From the NCBI GenBank assembly GCA_963727455.1, contig CAVSGG010000010.1, forward strand, positions 32,001-96,000: a DNA stretch of 64,000 bases. Reading direction: 5' to 3'. Source of the DNA: Candidatus Krumholzibacteriota bacterium (GTDB taxonomy: Bacteria; Krumholzibacteriota; Krumholzibacteriia; JAJRXK01). Both the position numbers and the translations under genes were made by a program. Of this stretch, positions 9,401 to 19,121 are shown in pieces; position 1 is the first letter of the stretch, and the number at the start of each line of letters is the position of its first letter. The notes beneath the pieces are model-generated. The model ran no database searches. It saw only the letters and a list, made by a program, of their open reading frames with translations, and was not told the origin of the DNA.

Positions 9401-11187
9401 TCCTGGACGAGGGACTGCCCGATCGTACTAGCTTCGAGTATCAGGTGCGCGCGGTCGATCGCGCAGGACTTGCCGGTCCGGCCTCGGAGATCATCACCGC
9501 GGTGACGCCGCCGCCGGAAGTCGGATGCTTTCCCCTGCCCATCGATCAGGAGACTAGAGGAGCCTGTGCGGTGGGCGACGTGGACGGCGACGGCGTACTC
9601 GACTTGGCGGTGGGCTCGGGTCACATCTATTTGATCGACGGTCTGTGCCGCGAAAAGGTGGACGGGGATGACAACGCACAGACTTTCGGGCCGCTCGCCG
9701 GCGTCGGGGGAGGATTCCAGCCTTCGGGCATGACGCTGGGAAATTTGGATCAAATCGGCACGGACATGCAGATCGTGGGCGAGAACTGGACGAGCCATGA
9801 ACTCTACATCTACAACGCCGACGGCAGTCTTCAGAGCGGTTGGCCACAGACCTTGGGCTCCAAGGCCTGGACCACCCCGGTACTGGGTGATCTCGACCAG
9901 GACGGGAGCCTGGAGATCATCACCAACGACATCGGTGGATTCACTTACGCTTTCCACATGGACGGCAACGAGGTGGCCGACGGAGATTCCAATCCCCAGA
10001 CCAAGGGTCCCATCGCTCCGCGCCGCACCGGAGAGAGCTTTGGCCGCACCACGCCGGCACTGTACGACGTGGACAACGATGGCAAGCCCGAGATTCTCTT
10101 CGGTTCGAAGTTCCAAAACGGCGCGCCCGAGTACTTCTACGCCCTGAAGGGCGACGGGAGCGGCAACGCGGCGGGTTGGCCCAAGATCATGGAACCTCTC
10201 GCGACCTTTCTCGCCAGCCCCGCAGTGGGTGACCTCGACGGTGACGGGCAGATGGAGATCGTGGCGCCCTGTGATAACGATAGTCTCTACGTGTGGGAAA
10301 CGGACGGGACCCGCTTCCCCAACTTCCCGGTGTACCTCCATGCACGGGCAATTGATTTCGACAGCCAGATGCCATCCCCGGCTCTGGCCGATCTCGACGG
10401 CAACGGAACCCTGGAGATCGTGGCGGTATCGATCGAATTGGCCTCGGAGGCCAGGGTGTACGTCTTCGACGACTCGGGAAACGTGAACCCGGGTTGGCCG
10501 CAAGTGGTCCCCGGACTGTCCGAGAGTAGCCCGGTGGTGGCCGACCTCGACGGCGATTTGGAACCGGACATCGTTTTCGGCATCGGCGGCGGTACGGACA
10601 ATCTGCCCAATTTGCTTTACGTGTGGCACGCCGATGGCGTCCCCTTCGAGGGCTTTCCGATTCCTCTGGAAGGTTACGTCTGGGCCACGCCGACCCTGTG
10701 CGATTTCAACGGGGACGGACGGGCCAACATCGTTCTCGCATCGTGGGACCGTCTCATCCACGTGTGGGACATGGGGGGCACCTGGCGTCCCTCGCTTGCG
10801 CCCTGGCCCACGTTCCATCAGAACGCGCGCAGGGACGGAGTCCACCCGCTTCCGCCGCTCACCGCCCGCGGGGCGGGAGCAGAAACGGAAACGGACGCGA
10901 GCCGGCCGCGCCTGGCTCCCAACGTCCCCAATCCCTTCAACCCTGCGACCGCGGTGAGCTTCGTGATCCCAGCCGGCGGTGCGCGTCCCTGCGAATTGAC
11001 GATCTTCGATTTGGCGGGGAGAAGGGTACGGGTGCTCGCGCGCGGCCCGCTGGCGCCCGGACTCCACGAACTTCGCTGGGACGGACGCGATGATGCCGGT
11101 AGGGCCGTGGCGTCCGGAGTATATTTCGCCCACCTGCTCGTCAGCGGATTTGAGGCCCAAAGCCAAAAGATGGTCCTCGTGCGCTGA
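6424..11187 (+). CDS. Second C25-family gingipain-like peptidase, paralog of 1521-6341 with the same architecture
   Basis: Signal peptide MRSFLLSLLLLTLVGVEA; YVLLGGD, HHIGHG, LNCDSA, YTLLGDP; FG-GAP repeats; PNVPNPFNP...WDGRDDAG...SGVYF tail. Confidence 0.85.
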   Translation: MRSFLLSLLLLTLVGVEAAPAQETLSLPLKPLLRDVRLQGLPALESILLHGARPARQEDGGGLPSLSYCLIIPASSRVRSVSLEGGSERFVASAEALRSSSILSTPLTSREGNVPAVEYVGDAWWHGRHLIYLRVRPLRVEQESGDLYLREGGKILVELQGAEPKEEVVGRVLPNEGVQRRDRAELLRTIANPQDLDRFTTLRPLTKASSAKTAALPASDKIPSLLTGPYRYLVITRDSLVPQFERLAELRERQGLPSTVVSVEEIEANGRRGLDLAETIRLYLQDAYEKWGVDYVLLGGDTEIIPTRYVTSTYYPSGGETQIPADFYFAGLDGSWNADGDATFGEPYVTGANPGDYCDFVPELAIGRAPVSTFEEATVFVDKVLDYESGADGERFAHALFGSEVLFPPAWQPGDPITRDGASFSETLVASIELARPGEWTLTRRYQNYTSYPGALEETYAAILSDLNSGNYGLFHHIGHGFYYNMSVGDKNILVSDADALTNGSSTFVLMALNCDSAAFDFNCLLERFLRNPNGGSVASIGSSRAAFDNTTGSYQQALYKALFAARRQRLGDAILESRLGFAVDTFYNTVDRWTQLVYTLLGDPAMRMWTAVPKPITVSAPAMVTVGSGPLAVTVDETQGGGVDSVAVVLRKPGEDLIAGWTDANGEVSLPFAPKEAGSWTLWVSGRDVMPDSMTVQVTAATQAALALSGFTLDDSQGNGNGIAEAGELVSILPALINGGQSVSSAGTLTLSTEDEGVTLLQDVAGFSPLAAESPGAANGPFSLQLAADLADASRLHFLLSIDEDGGGHFEDSFDLTVSGGNLQIISLDLDDASGNQDGILDPGEQVFLNFTLKNFGSARVDSVNGVLRSLDPLATVIDSTAHWGLLDGALSTQDNGQDLLAVQESDTANPHLYRLLLTDSAGATHSFDFDLRRPAALTGLEPGLAQAGSVLLRWDPSSAADLLGYQVERRVKGQSTWIFANADLLQAGSVFLDEGLPDRTSFEYQVRAVDRAGLAGPASEIITAVTPPPEVGCFPLPIDQETRGACAVGDVDGDGVLDLAVGSGHIYLIDGLCREKVDGDDNAQTFGPLAGVGGGFQPSGMTLGNLDQIGTDMQIVGENWTSHELYIYNADGSLQSGWPQTLGSKAWTTPVLGDLDQDGSLEIITNDIGGFTYAFHMDGNEVADGDSNPQTKGPIAPRRTGESFGRTTPALYDVDNDGKPEILFGSKFQNGAPEYFYALKGDGSGNAAGWPKIMEPLATFLASPAVGDLDGDGQMEIVAPCDNDSLYVWETDGTRFPNFPVYLHARAIDFDSQMPSPALADLDGNGTLEIVAVSIELASEARVYVFDDSGNVNPGWPQVVPGLSESSPVVADLDGDLEPDIVFGIGGGTDNLPNLLYVWHADGVPFEGFPIPLEGYVWATPTLCDFNGDGRANIVLASWDRLIHVWDMGGTWRPSLAPWPTFHQNARRDGVHPLPPLTARGAGAETETDASRPRLAPNVPNPFNPATAVSFVIPAGGARPCELTIFDLAGRRVRVLARGPLAPGLHELRWDGRDDAGRAVASGVYFAHLLVSGFEAQSQKMVLVR

Positions 11188-11256
11188 GAGGGCTCGGTCC
11201 ATTTGACACTTTGCCTCTGTCGAGTTTTCGTTGCGCGCAACAGAGGAGAGAACGCC

Positions 11257-13866
<2,610 letters not shown>

Positions 13867-13877
13867 AGAGAGTCTGC

Positions 13878-13906
13878 TTGCCGCGGCGCGTCGATCGCGC
13901 TACAGT
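13878..13906 (+). promoter_or_regulatory. Putative sigma70 promoter of the metal-uptake operon
   Basis: TTGCCG-N17-TACAGT upstream of the leader ORF. Confidence 0.5.
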
Positions 13907-13954
13907 CGCGAAGCGAATTCCCCCGCTTTCGCACAAGGTCCGAGGAAGGAACTC

Positions 13955-14257
13955 GTGGTGTCACGCATGGTCAAGAGCCAGCGCTATGTGAGCCTGGCCG
14001 CAGTCCTGGCCAGTGTGGCCATCGCGGTTCTGGTGGGCACTCCCTACCTCCTGCAGTACCACCACCACTCCGACTTCCACGAAAATCCTCGCTGCGCCAT
14101 TTGCGTCTTCGCCTGCGCGCACGTTACGCCTCCCTCGGCGCCCCAGGCGTTGGCGCCGCCGCCAGTCAACGTCACCGTGGTGGCGATCGCAGGGGAAACT
14201 CTCAGCTCCACTTTTCACGTTCGTACTCCGAGCGTGCGGGGACCTCCTAGAGTCTGA
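13955..14257 (+). CDS. DUF2946-like leader peptide, putative metal-sensing ribosome arrest peptide
   Basis: GTG start after GAGGAAGGA (alternative ATG at 13967). N-terminal hydrophobic helix, YHHHSDFH, CAIC, Pro-rich linker, C-terminal RGPPRV*. Confidence 0.75.
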   Translation: MVSRMVKSQRYVSLAAVLASVAIAVLVGTPYLLQYHHHSDFHENPRCAICVFACAHVTPPSAPQALAPPPVNVTVVAIAGETLSSTFHVRTPSVRGPPRV

Positions 14258-14307
14258 AACCCAACGAAATTTCTTCGTCGCGAGTTTTTGACTCTATTCT
14301 GGAGGTT
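14241..14307 (+). promoter_or_regulatory. RBS-sequestering stem-loop (translational attenuator)
   Basis: ACCTCC (14242-47) is complementary to SD GGAGGT (14301-06). TAGAGTC (14248-54) pairs with GACTCTA (14290-96), GAAAC with GTTTT, and there is an apical ACGAA/TTCGT stem. Confidence 0.7.
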
Positions 14308-14315
14308 CATTGCGC

Positions 14316-15422
14316 ATGAAACTGTGCGTACACGCTTGCACCTGCGTGTGTGTTGCGGCCGTCCTGACATTTTCTGTCTCGAGAAGTTCCGCGCAGACCA
14401 CGCACTCGATTTTTTCCAATTTGACCAACCCGTCGATCGGGATGAACGCGCTGTTCTCGGGACAGATCGCCCCCGACATCGACGCGCCCTACGGCATCAG
14501 CTTCGACTCGGCCGAGATGAGCGCGATTTCCGTGGTCGATCCCTACTGGACCTTCTGGTCCAATATCACCTTCACCCCCGAGGAGGTGGATCCGGAGGAA
14601 ATCGTGGCCCGTACGGATCGGATCCCTAATCTCCAGCTGCGGGTGGGCAAGCTCAGGGGCGACTTCGGCAAGCACGGGTTACTGCACACCCACGCCTTTC
14701 CCTTCATTCAAGCCCCGGTGATCATGGGCAACACGATCGGGGAGGAAGGCTTCAAGGACTCGGGTCTGGAGGCCTCGTGGCTCACTCCGCTGCCGTGGTA
14801 CTCGGAGCTCACGGGCGGCATGTTCAAGGCGATGGAGGCCGGCGAGGAGAACCCACTCGACTTCGGCTCGATGCGCCACGAGAACGTTCCGTACCTCGGC
14901 CATTTCAAGAACCTGTTCGATCTCAACGAGTCGACCACTCTGGAGATCGGGCAGTCGTTTCTGCAGGGGCGCGGAGAAGATGGCCACCGGCACGCGGTAT
15001 TCGGTGCCGACCTGACGGTACGCAACGTGCCGCTGCGACGCTCGAACAGCCGCGGCTGGATCCTGCAGGGGGAGTACATCCAGAAGGGCACCTTCGCGGG
15101 TGGAGACTATTTCAAGGAGCAGCGCGGCTGGTATGCCTCGTTCAAGTACCGGCTGTCCCAACGATGGTGGGTCGGAGTCCGCGGCGAACAGGGCCGTGAC
15201 TGCACCACCGAGGTCTTAGTCGATTCGAGCGGCGATCCCATCCCCGGCAAGGTGAGTCGTGCCTCGGCGAACATCGCTTGGACTCCCTCGGAGTTCTCGT
15301 ACATCCGCCTGGAGTACAGCGTCACCCAGGGCGACGACGGGATGGGTTTCAAACCGACCGACCACCGGCTCATGTTGCAGATGAGTTATACCGTCGGCTA
15401 CCACCCGGCTCATGCCTACTAG
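14316..15422 (+). CDS. Outer-membrane beta-barrel of the zinc-regulated OM receptor/porin-like family
   Basis: Signal peptide; NPSIG, FGKHGLLHTHAFPF and C-terminal GYHPAHAY His motifs; alternating beta-strand pattern; sits directly upstream of a metal SBP. Confidence 0.7.
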   Translation: MKLCVHACTCVCVAAVLTFSVSRSSAQTTHSIFSNLTNPSIGMNALFSGQIAPDIDAPYGISFDSAEMSAISVVDPYWTFWSNITFTPEEVDPEEIVARTDRIPNLQLRVGKLRGDFGKHGLLHTHAFPFIQAPVIMGNTIGEEGFKDSGLEASWLTPLPWYSELTGGMFKAMEAGEENPLDFGSMRHENVPYLGHFKNLFDLNESTTLEIGQSFLQGRGEDGHRHAVFGADLTVRNVPLRRSNSRGWILQGEYIQKGTFAGGDYFKEQRGWYASFKYRLSQRWWVGVRGEQGRDCTTEVLVDSSGDPIPGKVSRASANIAWTPSEFSYIRLEYSVTQGDDGMGFKPTDHRLMLQMSYTVGYHPAHAY

Positions 15423-15479
15423 ACGGACGGGCACCGTGAACGCAACGGGCCTCACCGGCAACCCATTCTGGAGGAACTC

Positions 15480-16403
15480 ATGAAATCGCTGTTTCGAACC
15501 CTGACCATAGTGAGCCTGAGCCTGCTCATGGCCGTGCCCGCGCGCGCCGAACACAAGTTGCAGGTGGCCACCTCTCTGACCGATCTCGCCTCCGTCGCGC
15601 GCTTCGTGGGCGGCGAGCACGTGAAGGCGAAGAGCCTGTGCAAAGGCTACGAGGATCCTCACTACGTACCGGCCAAGCCGAGCTTGATGAAGGCCATCCA
15701 GCACGCCGACGTCTACGTGTCGACGGGCCTGGAGCTGGACATCGGGTGGCTGCCCCTGGTTTTGCCCGGAAGCCGGAATCCCAAGATCCAGCCGAGCCGA
15801 GAGGGCTTCGTGGATGCCTCCGAGGGAGTTCCCGTATTGGAAAAGCCGACGGGCACGGTGAGCCGGGGCGAGGGAGACGTTCATCCGCTGGGAAATCCGC
15901 ACTACTATGCCGATCCCAAGAACCTGGAGATCGTCGCTTCCCAGCTGGCGGAGGTGTTTACTCGTCTCGATCCCGCCAACGCGGCCGACTACCAGGCCAA
16001 TGCCAAAGCCTTCAAGGAGAGAATGGAGACCTCGCTCGCGAAGTGGGAGAAACAGATGGCGCCGTATGCAGGCACGCAGGTCGTCACCTATCACAAGAAC
16101 TTCATCTACTTCGCCACGCGCTTCGGCCTGAAGATCTTCGACACGGTCGAAAATAAACCGGGCATTCCGCCCTCTCCGCGCCACGTAGCCGACCTGGTGG
16201 AGGCGATGAAGGCGAATGGGGTCAGGCTGGTCGTCTATCAGCCCTACTACAACGCCAAAGTGTGCAAGGAGGTCGCGAAGCGGGCGGACGGGACGGCTCT
16301 GGAAATTGCAACCGAGTGCGACGGTCTTCCCGGGACGGACGACGTCTTCAAGAAGTTCGACCTCCTCGTTTCCTCCATCGCCAAAGCTCTGTCCGAGAAG
16401 TGA
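15480..16403 (+). CDS. Zn/Mn ABC transporter substrate-binding protein (ZnuA/TroA, cluster A-I)
   Basis: EDPHY, GDVHPLGNPHYY, VTYH and ENKPGIPPSPRH motifs; signal peptide. Confidence 0.9.
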   Translation: MKSLFRTLTIVSLSLLMAVPARAEHKLQVATSLTDLASVARFVGGEHVKAKSLCKGYEDPHYVPAKPSLMKAIQHADVYVSTGLELDIGWLPLVLPGSRNPKIQPSREGFVDASEGVPVLEKPTGTVSRGEGDVHPLGNPHYYADPKNLEIVASQLAEVFTRLDPANAADYQANAKAFKERMETSLAKWEKQMAPYAGTQVVTYHKNFIYFATRFGLKIFDTVENKPGIPPSPRHVADLVEAMKANGVRLVVYQPYYNAKVCKEVAKRADGTALEIATECDGLPGTDDVFKKFDLLVSSIAKALSEK

Positions 16404-16414
16404 GGTAGTTGCCA

Positions 16415-17302
16415 ATGGAATTCCTACAAGTCATGGCGCTGCCGATTCTGGCGTGCTTTCTTCTGGTCTTGATTCACCCCTCCCTGGGCCAGCACGTACT
16501 GGCCCGGGGCGTGATTTTCGTCGACCTCGCGCTCGCGCAGATCGCTGCCCTGGGAGGCAGCGTCGCGTTCCTCTTGGGCGCGGACCCGCACGATCCCAGC
16601 ATGTATTTCTGGTCCTTCGGGTTCACTCTTCTCGGGGCGGCGCTCTTCAGCTTCCTCTGGGACCGCAACCACTCCGTGCTGCAGGAAGCGTTCATCGGAA
16701 TCTCCTTCGCACTGGCCACCGCGGCCAACCTGGTGCTTCTGTCCAACGCACCTCACGGCGCGGAACACGTGCGCGGTGCTCTGAGCGGCGAGGCCCTCGG
16801 ATGGGTGACCTGGAAGGACATCCTCATCATGGCGGTTCTCTACGCGATCGTGGGGGCATTTCTGTATCTCAGTCGCCGGCAGCTTTTCGCCTGCTCGCAG
16901 GACCACAAGAAGGCGCGCGAGATGGGACTCTCGGTGCGGAAGTGGGACTTCCTCTTCTACGCCTCCTTTGGTCTGGTGGTCACCAGTTCGGTGAAGGTAT
17001 CTGGGGTGCTGGCGGTGTTCTCCTATCTCATCGTGCCGCTGGTCTGCTCCACCCTGCTCGGCAAGAGGGGGCGGGCACGGCTCTACTGGGCCTGGGCGCT
17101 GGCCTTCGTGGTTTCGATTCTGGGTTCGGTGCTTTCTTACACGAGGGATTGGCCGATGGGTGCGACCATCGTGTGTCTCTTCGGTGTGACGGTGGCTGTC
17201 ATCTCCCTCTTCGTACGCATGAAGAACGTCGACCCGGAGCGGAACGGTGATCAACTCGCGGGCGCGGAGTTTCAAAATGGGGAGCGCGGCATGACACGCT
17301 GA
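16415..17302 (+). CDS. Metal ABC transporter permease (ZnuB/MntB, ABC-3 family)
   Basis: Multiple TM helices; RGVIFVDLALAQIAALG, GVLAVFSYLIVP, DWPMGATIV. Confidence 0.85.
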   Translation: MEFLQVMALPILACFLLVLIHPSLGQHVLARGVIFVDLALAQIAALGGSVAFLLGADPHDPSMYFWSFGFTLLGAALFSFLWDRNHSVLQEAFIGISFALATAANLVLLSNAPHGAEHVRGALSGEALGWVTWKDILIMAVLYAIVGAFLYLSRRQLFACSQDHKKAREMGLSVRKWDFLFYASFGLVVTSSVKVSGVLAVFSYLIVPLVCSTLLGKRGRARLYWAWALAFVVSILGSVLSYTRDWPMGATIVCLFGVTVAVISLFVRMKNVDPERNGDQLAGAEFQNGERGMTR

Positions 17303-17424
17303 GCCCGGCGCCCGGATCGACGAGTTCCTGAGAGGGATGGACGCAGGCGCTACCGCCGGAGTACATTCGGCCCTGAGTTGGCGGCGAGCTGCCGCCCGAC
17401 GAGACTCGTTGTCGAAGGCCTCGA

Positions 17425-19044
17425 ATGTTCTCAGATTGCCCCCTGCCTCGCCTCTTGCTCGGTGTGCTCCTGCTTCTGTCCGCCTGCCAAGCGGACAAGC
17501 AGGACGCGGCCGAGCCGGTCATTCCCGCCAAACCTCTTTACGGAGGCACTCTCCGCATCGCGGCGAGCAGCGAACCCGACGTGCTCAACAGCTTGATCAC
17601 GACCTCCGGTTACAGCAGCCGCATTCTGGCACTGGTGAATGACGGGCTGGCGAGCTTGAACGAGCGTCTGGAGTGGGAGCCGGACCTCGCGCAGTCGTGG
17701 ACTTGGTCGCAGGACGGGCTGGTGCTGACCTTTCATTTGCGCCAGGGTGTGCAGTGGAGCGATGGTCAGGACTTTAGCGCCTACGATGTGCAACGCAGTT
17801 ACGAGCTGTACATCGATCCCCGGATCTCCTCGTCGCGCCGCAGCAATTTCAAGGACATCGAGTCCTTTACGGCTCTGGATAGTCAGACGGTGGAAGTGCG
17901 TTTCTTGCGGCGCAGCCGCGACCAGCTCTTCAACGCGAACCTGAGCATCTTCCCGGCCCACATCGTAGACCACCTCGATCCCAACGAAGTGCAGAGTTGG
18001 CCGATCAACCGCCGTCCGGTCGGGCTGGGGCCCTACCAACTCAAGAGCTGGGAGTCGGGATCGCGCATCGTGCTGGAGCGCAATCCGCATTACTTCGGGG
18101 ACAAGCCGTATCTGGACGAGATCGTCTTCGAGTTCACTCCGGAACAAGCCGTTCGGCTCCTGCGTTTGGAGGCGGGCGAAGTCGACATGGTCGAGAATAT
18201 CGCCCCCAAGGACGAAGGACGGCTGCGAAAGAGCGCTCCCTGGATCAAGATCTATCCCATCTCGGGCAGGCTATTCGGCTATCTCAATTACAATGTGCGC
18301 CGCGCCTTCTTGAGCGACGCTAGGGTACGACGCGCAATTTCGCACGGGATCGACCGCAAGGCATTCACCGAGAACTTGATGTTCGGGCGGGCCCAGCCGG
18401 CGGCATCCCTCATTCCTCCGGCTTTGGCCTGGGCCCACGACCCCAATCTCGCTCCCGACGCGTTTGACCCGGAACTCTCGCGCCGTCTCTTGGCCGAAGC
18501 GGGATTTGAGGATAGCGACGGAGATGGGGTGGTGGAGAAGGACGGTAGACCCTTTGAGGTCGAGATCACCACGCGCACCGGCGACCCCGTGCGAGAAAAC
18601 GGCGCTCTCATCCTGCAGGAGAATCTGCGGCAGATCGGCATCAGGGTGAAGCTGCGCCTGATGGAGTACTCGGCCGCCTTGGCCGAAGTGCGAGCGGGCC
18701 GGTACGACATCTACTACGGACACTTCGGAAGCCGCATGTCGGTCGATCCCACCATGCTCGTGTGCACGGGCGGGGCGGTCAATTACGGAGGGTACTCCAA
18801 TCCCAAGATGGACGCGTTGGTGGAGGAGGGTTTGGAGACAATGGATACCGACAAGGCGCGGGCCATCTGGTATGAATTCCAGAAGTTGTGCGATGAGGAA
18901 CAACCCTGGACGGTGTTGTATTACTACGATTCCCTGGTGGGGATCCAGAGCGCGTTCCAGGACTGTACTCCCAACAATCTCTCGCCTTTCTATGACATCG
19001 AAAAGTGGTGGTTGGTGCCCTCTCTCCTGCGCGGGCGCCGTTGA
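17425..19044 (+). CDS. Peptide/nickel ABC transporter substrate-binding lipoprotein (SBP family 5)
   Basis: Lipobox LSAC; PDLAQSW, TFHLRQGVQWSDG, PVGLGPY, DARVRRAI. Confidence 0.9.
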   Translation: MFSDCPLPRLLLGVLLLLSACQADKQDAAEPVIPAKPLYGGTLRIAASSEPDVLNSLITTSGYSSRILALVNDGLASLNERLEWEPDLAQSWTWSQDGLVLTFHLRQGVQWSDGQDFSAYDVQRSYELYIDPRISSSRRSNFKDIESFTALDSQTVEVRFLRRSRDQLFNANLSIFPAHIVDHLDPNEVQSWPINRRPVGLGPYQLKSWESGSRIVLERNPHYFGDKPYLDEIVFEFTPEQAVRLLRLEAGEVDMVENIAPKDEGRLRKSAPWIKIYPISGRLFGYLNYNVRRAFLSDARVRRAISHGIDRKAFTENLMFGRAQPAASLIPPALAWAHDPNLAPDAFDPELSRRLLAEAGFEDSDGDGVVEKDGRPFEVEITTRTGDPVRENGALILQENLRQIGIRVKLRLMEYSAALAEVRAGRYDIYYGHFGSRMSVDPTMLVCTGGAVNYGGYSNPKMDALVEEGLETMDTDKARAIWYEFQKLCDEEQPWTVLYYYDSLVGIQSAFQDCTPNNLSPFYDIEKWWLVPSLLRGRR

Positions 19045-19070
19045 CACGCCAGATGGGCCATTCCTAAGTT
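19041..19070 (+). promoter_or_regulatory. Putative sigma70 promoter
   Basis: TTGACA-N18-TAAGTT upstream of the ORF at 19122. Confidence 0.35.
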
Positions 19071-19121
19071 GTATAGGTAGGGTGGCACTCGTTTTCCATT
19101 TCAACGGGGTACTTTGGTGAG

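Noticed and set aside
11203-11230. Possible CIRCE/HrcA or HAIR operator upstream of clpB (TTGACACT...)
   Set aside because: There is no matching second half-site at the required spacing and no convincing -10 for the TTGACA.
19083-19098. sigma54-like TGGCAC-N5-TTCCA upstream of the metzincin lipoprotein
   Set aside because: The highly conserved G of the -12 element is missing, and a sigma70-like promoter nearby explains expression.
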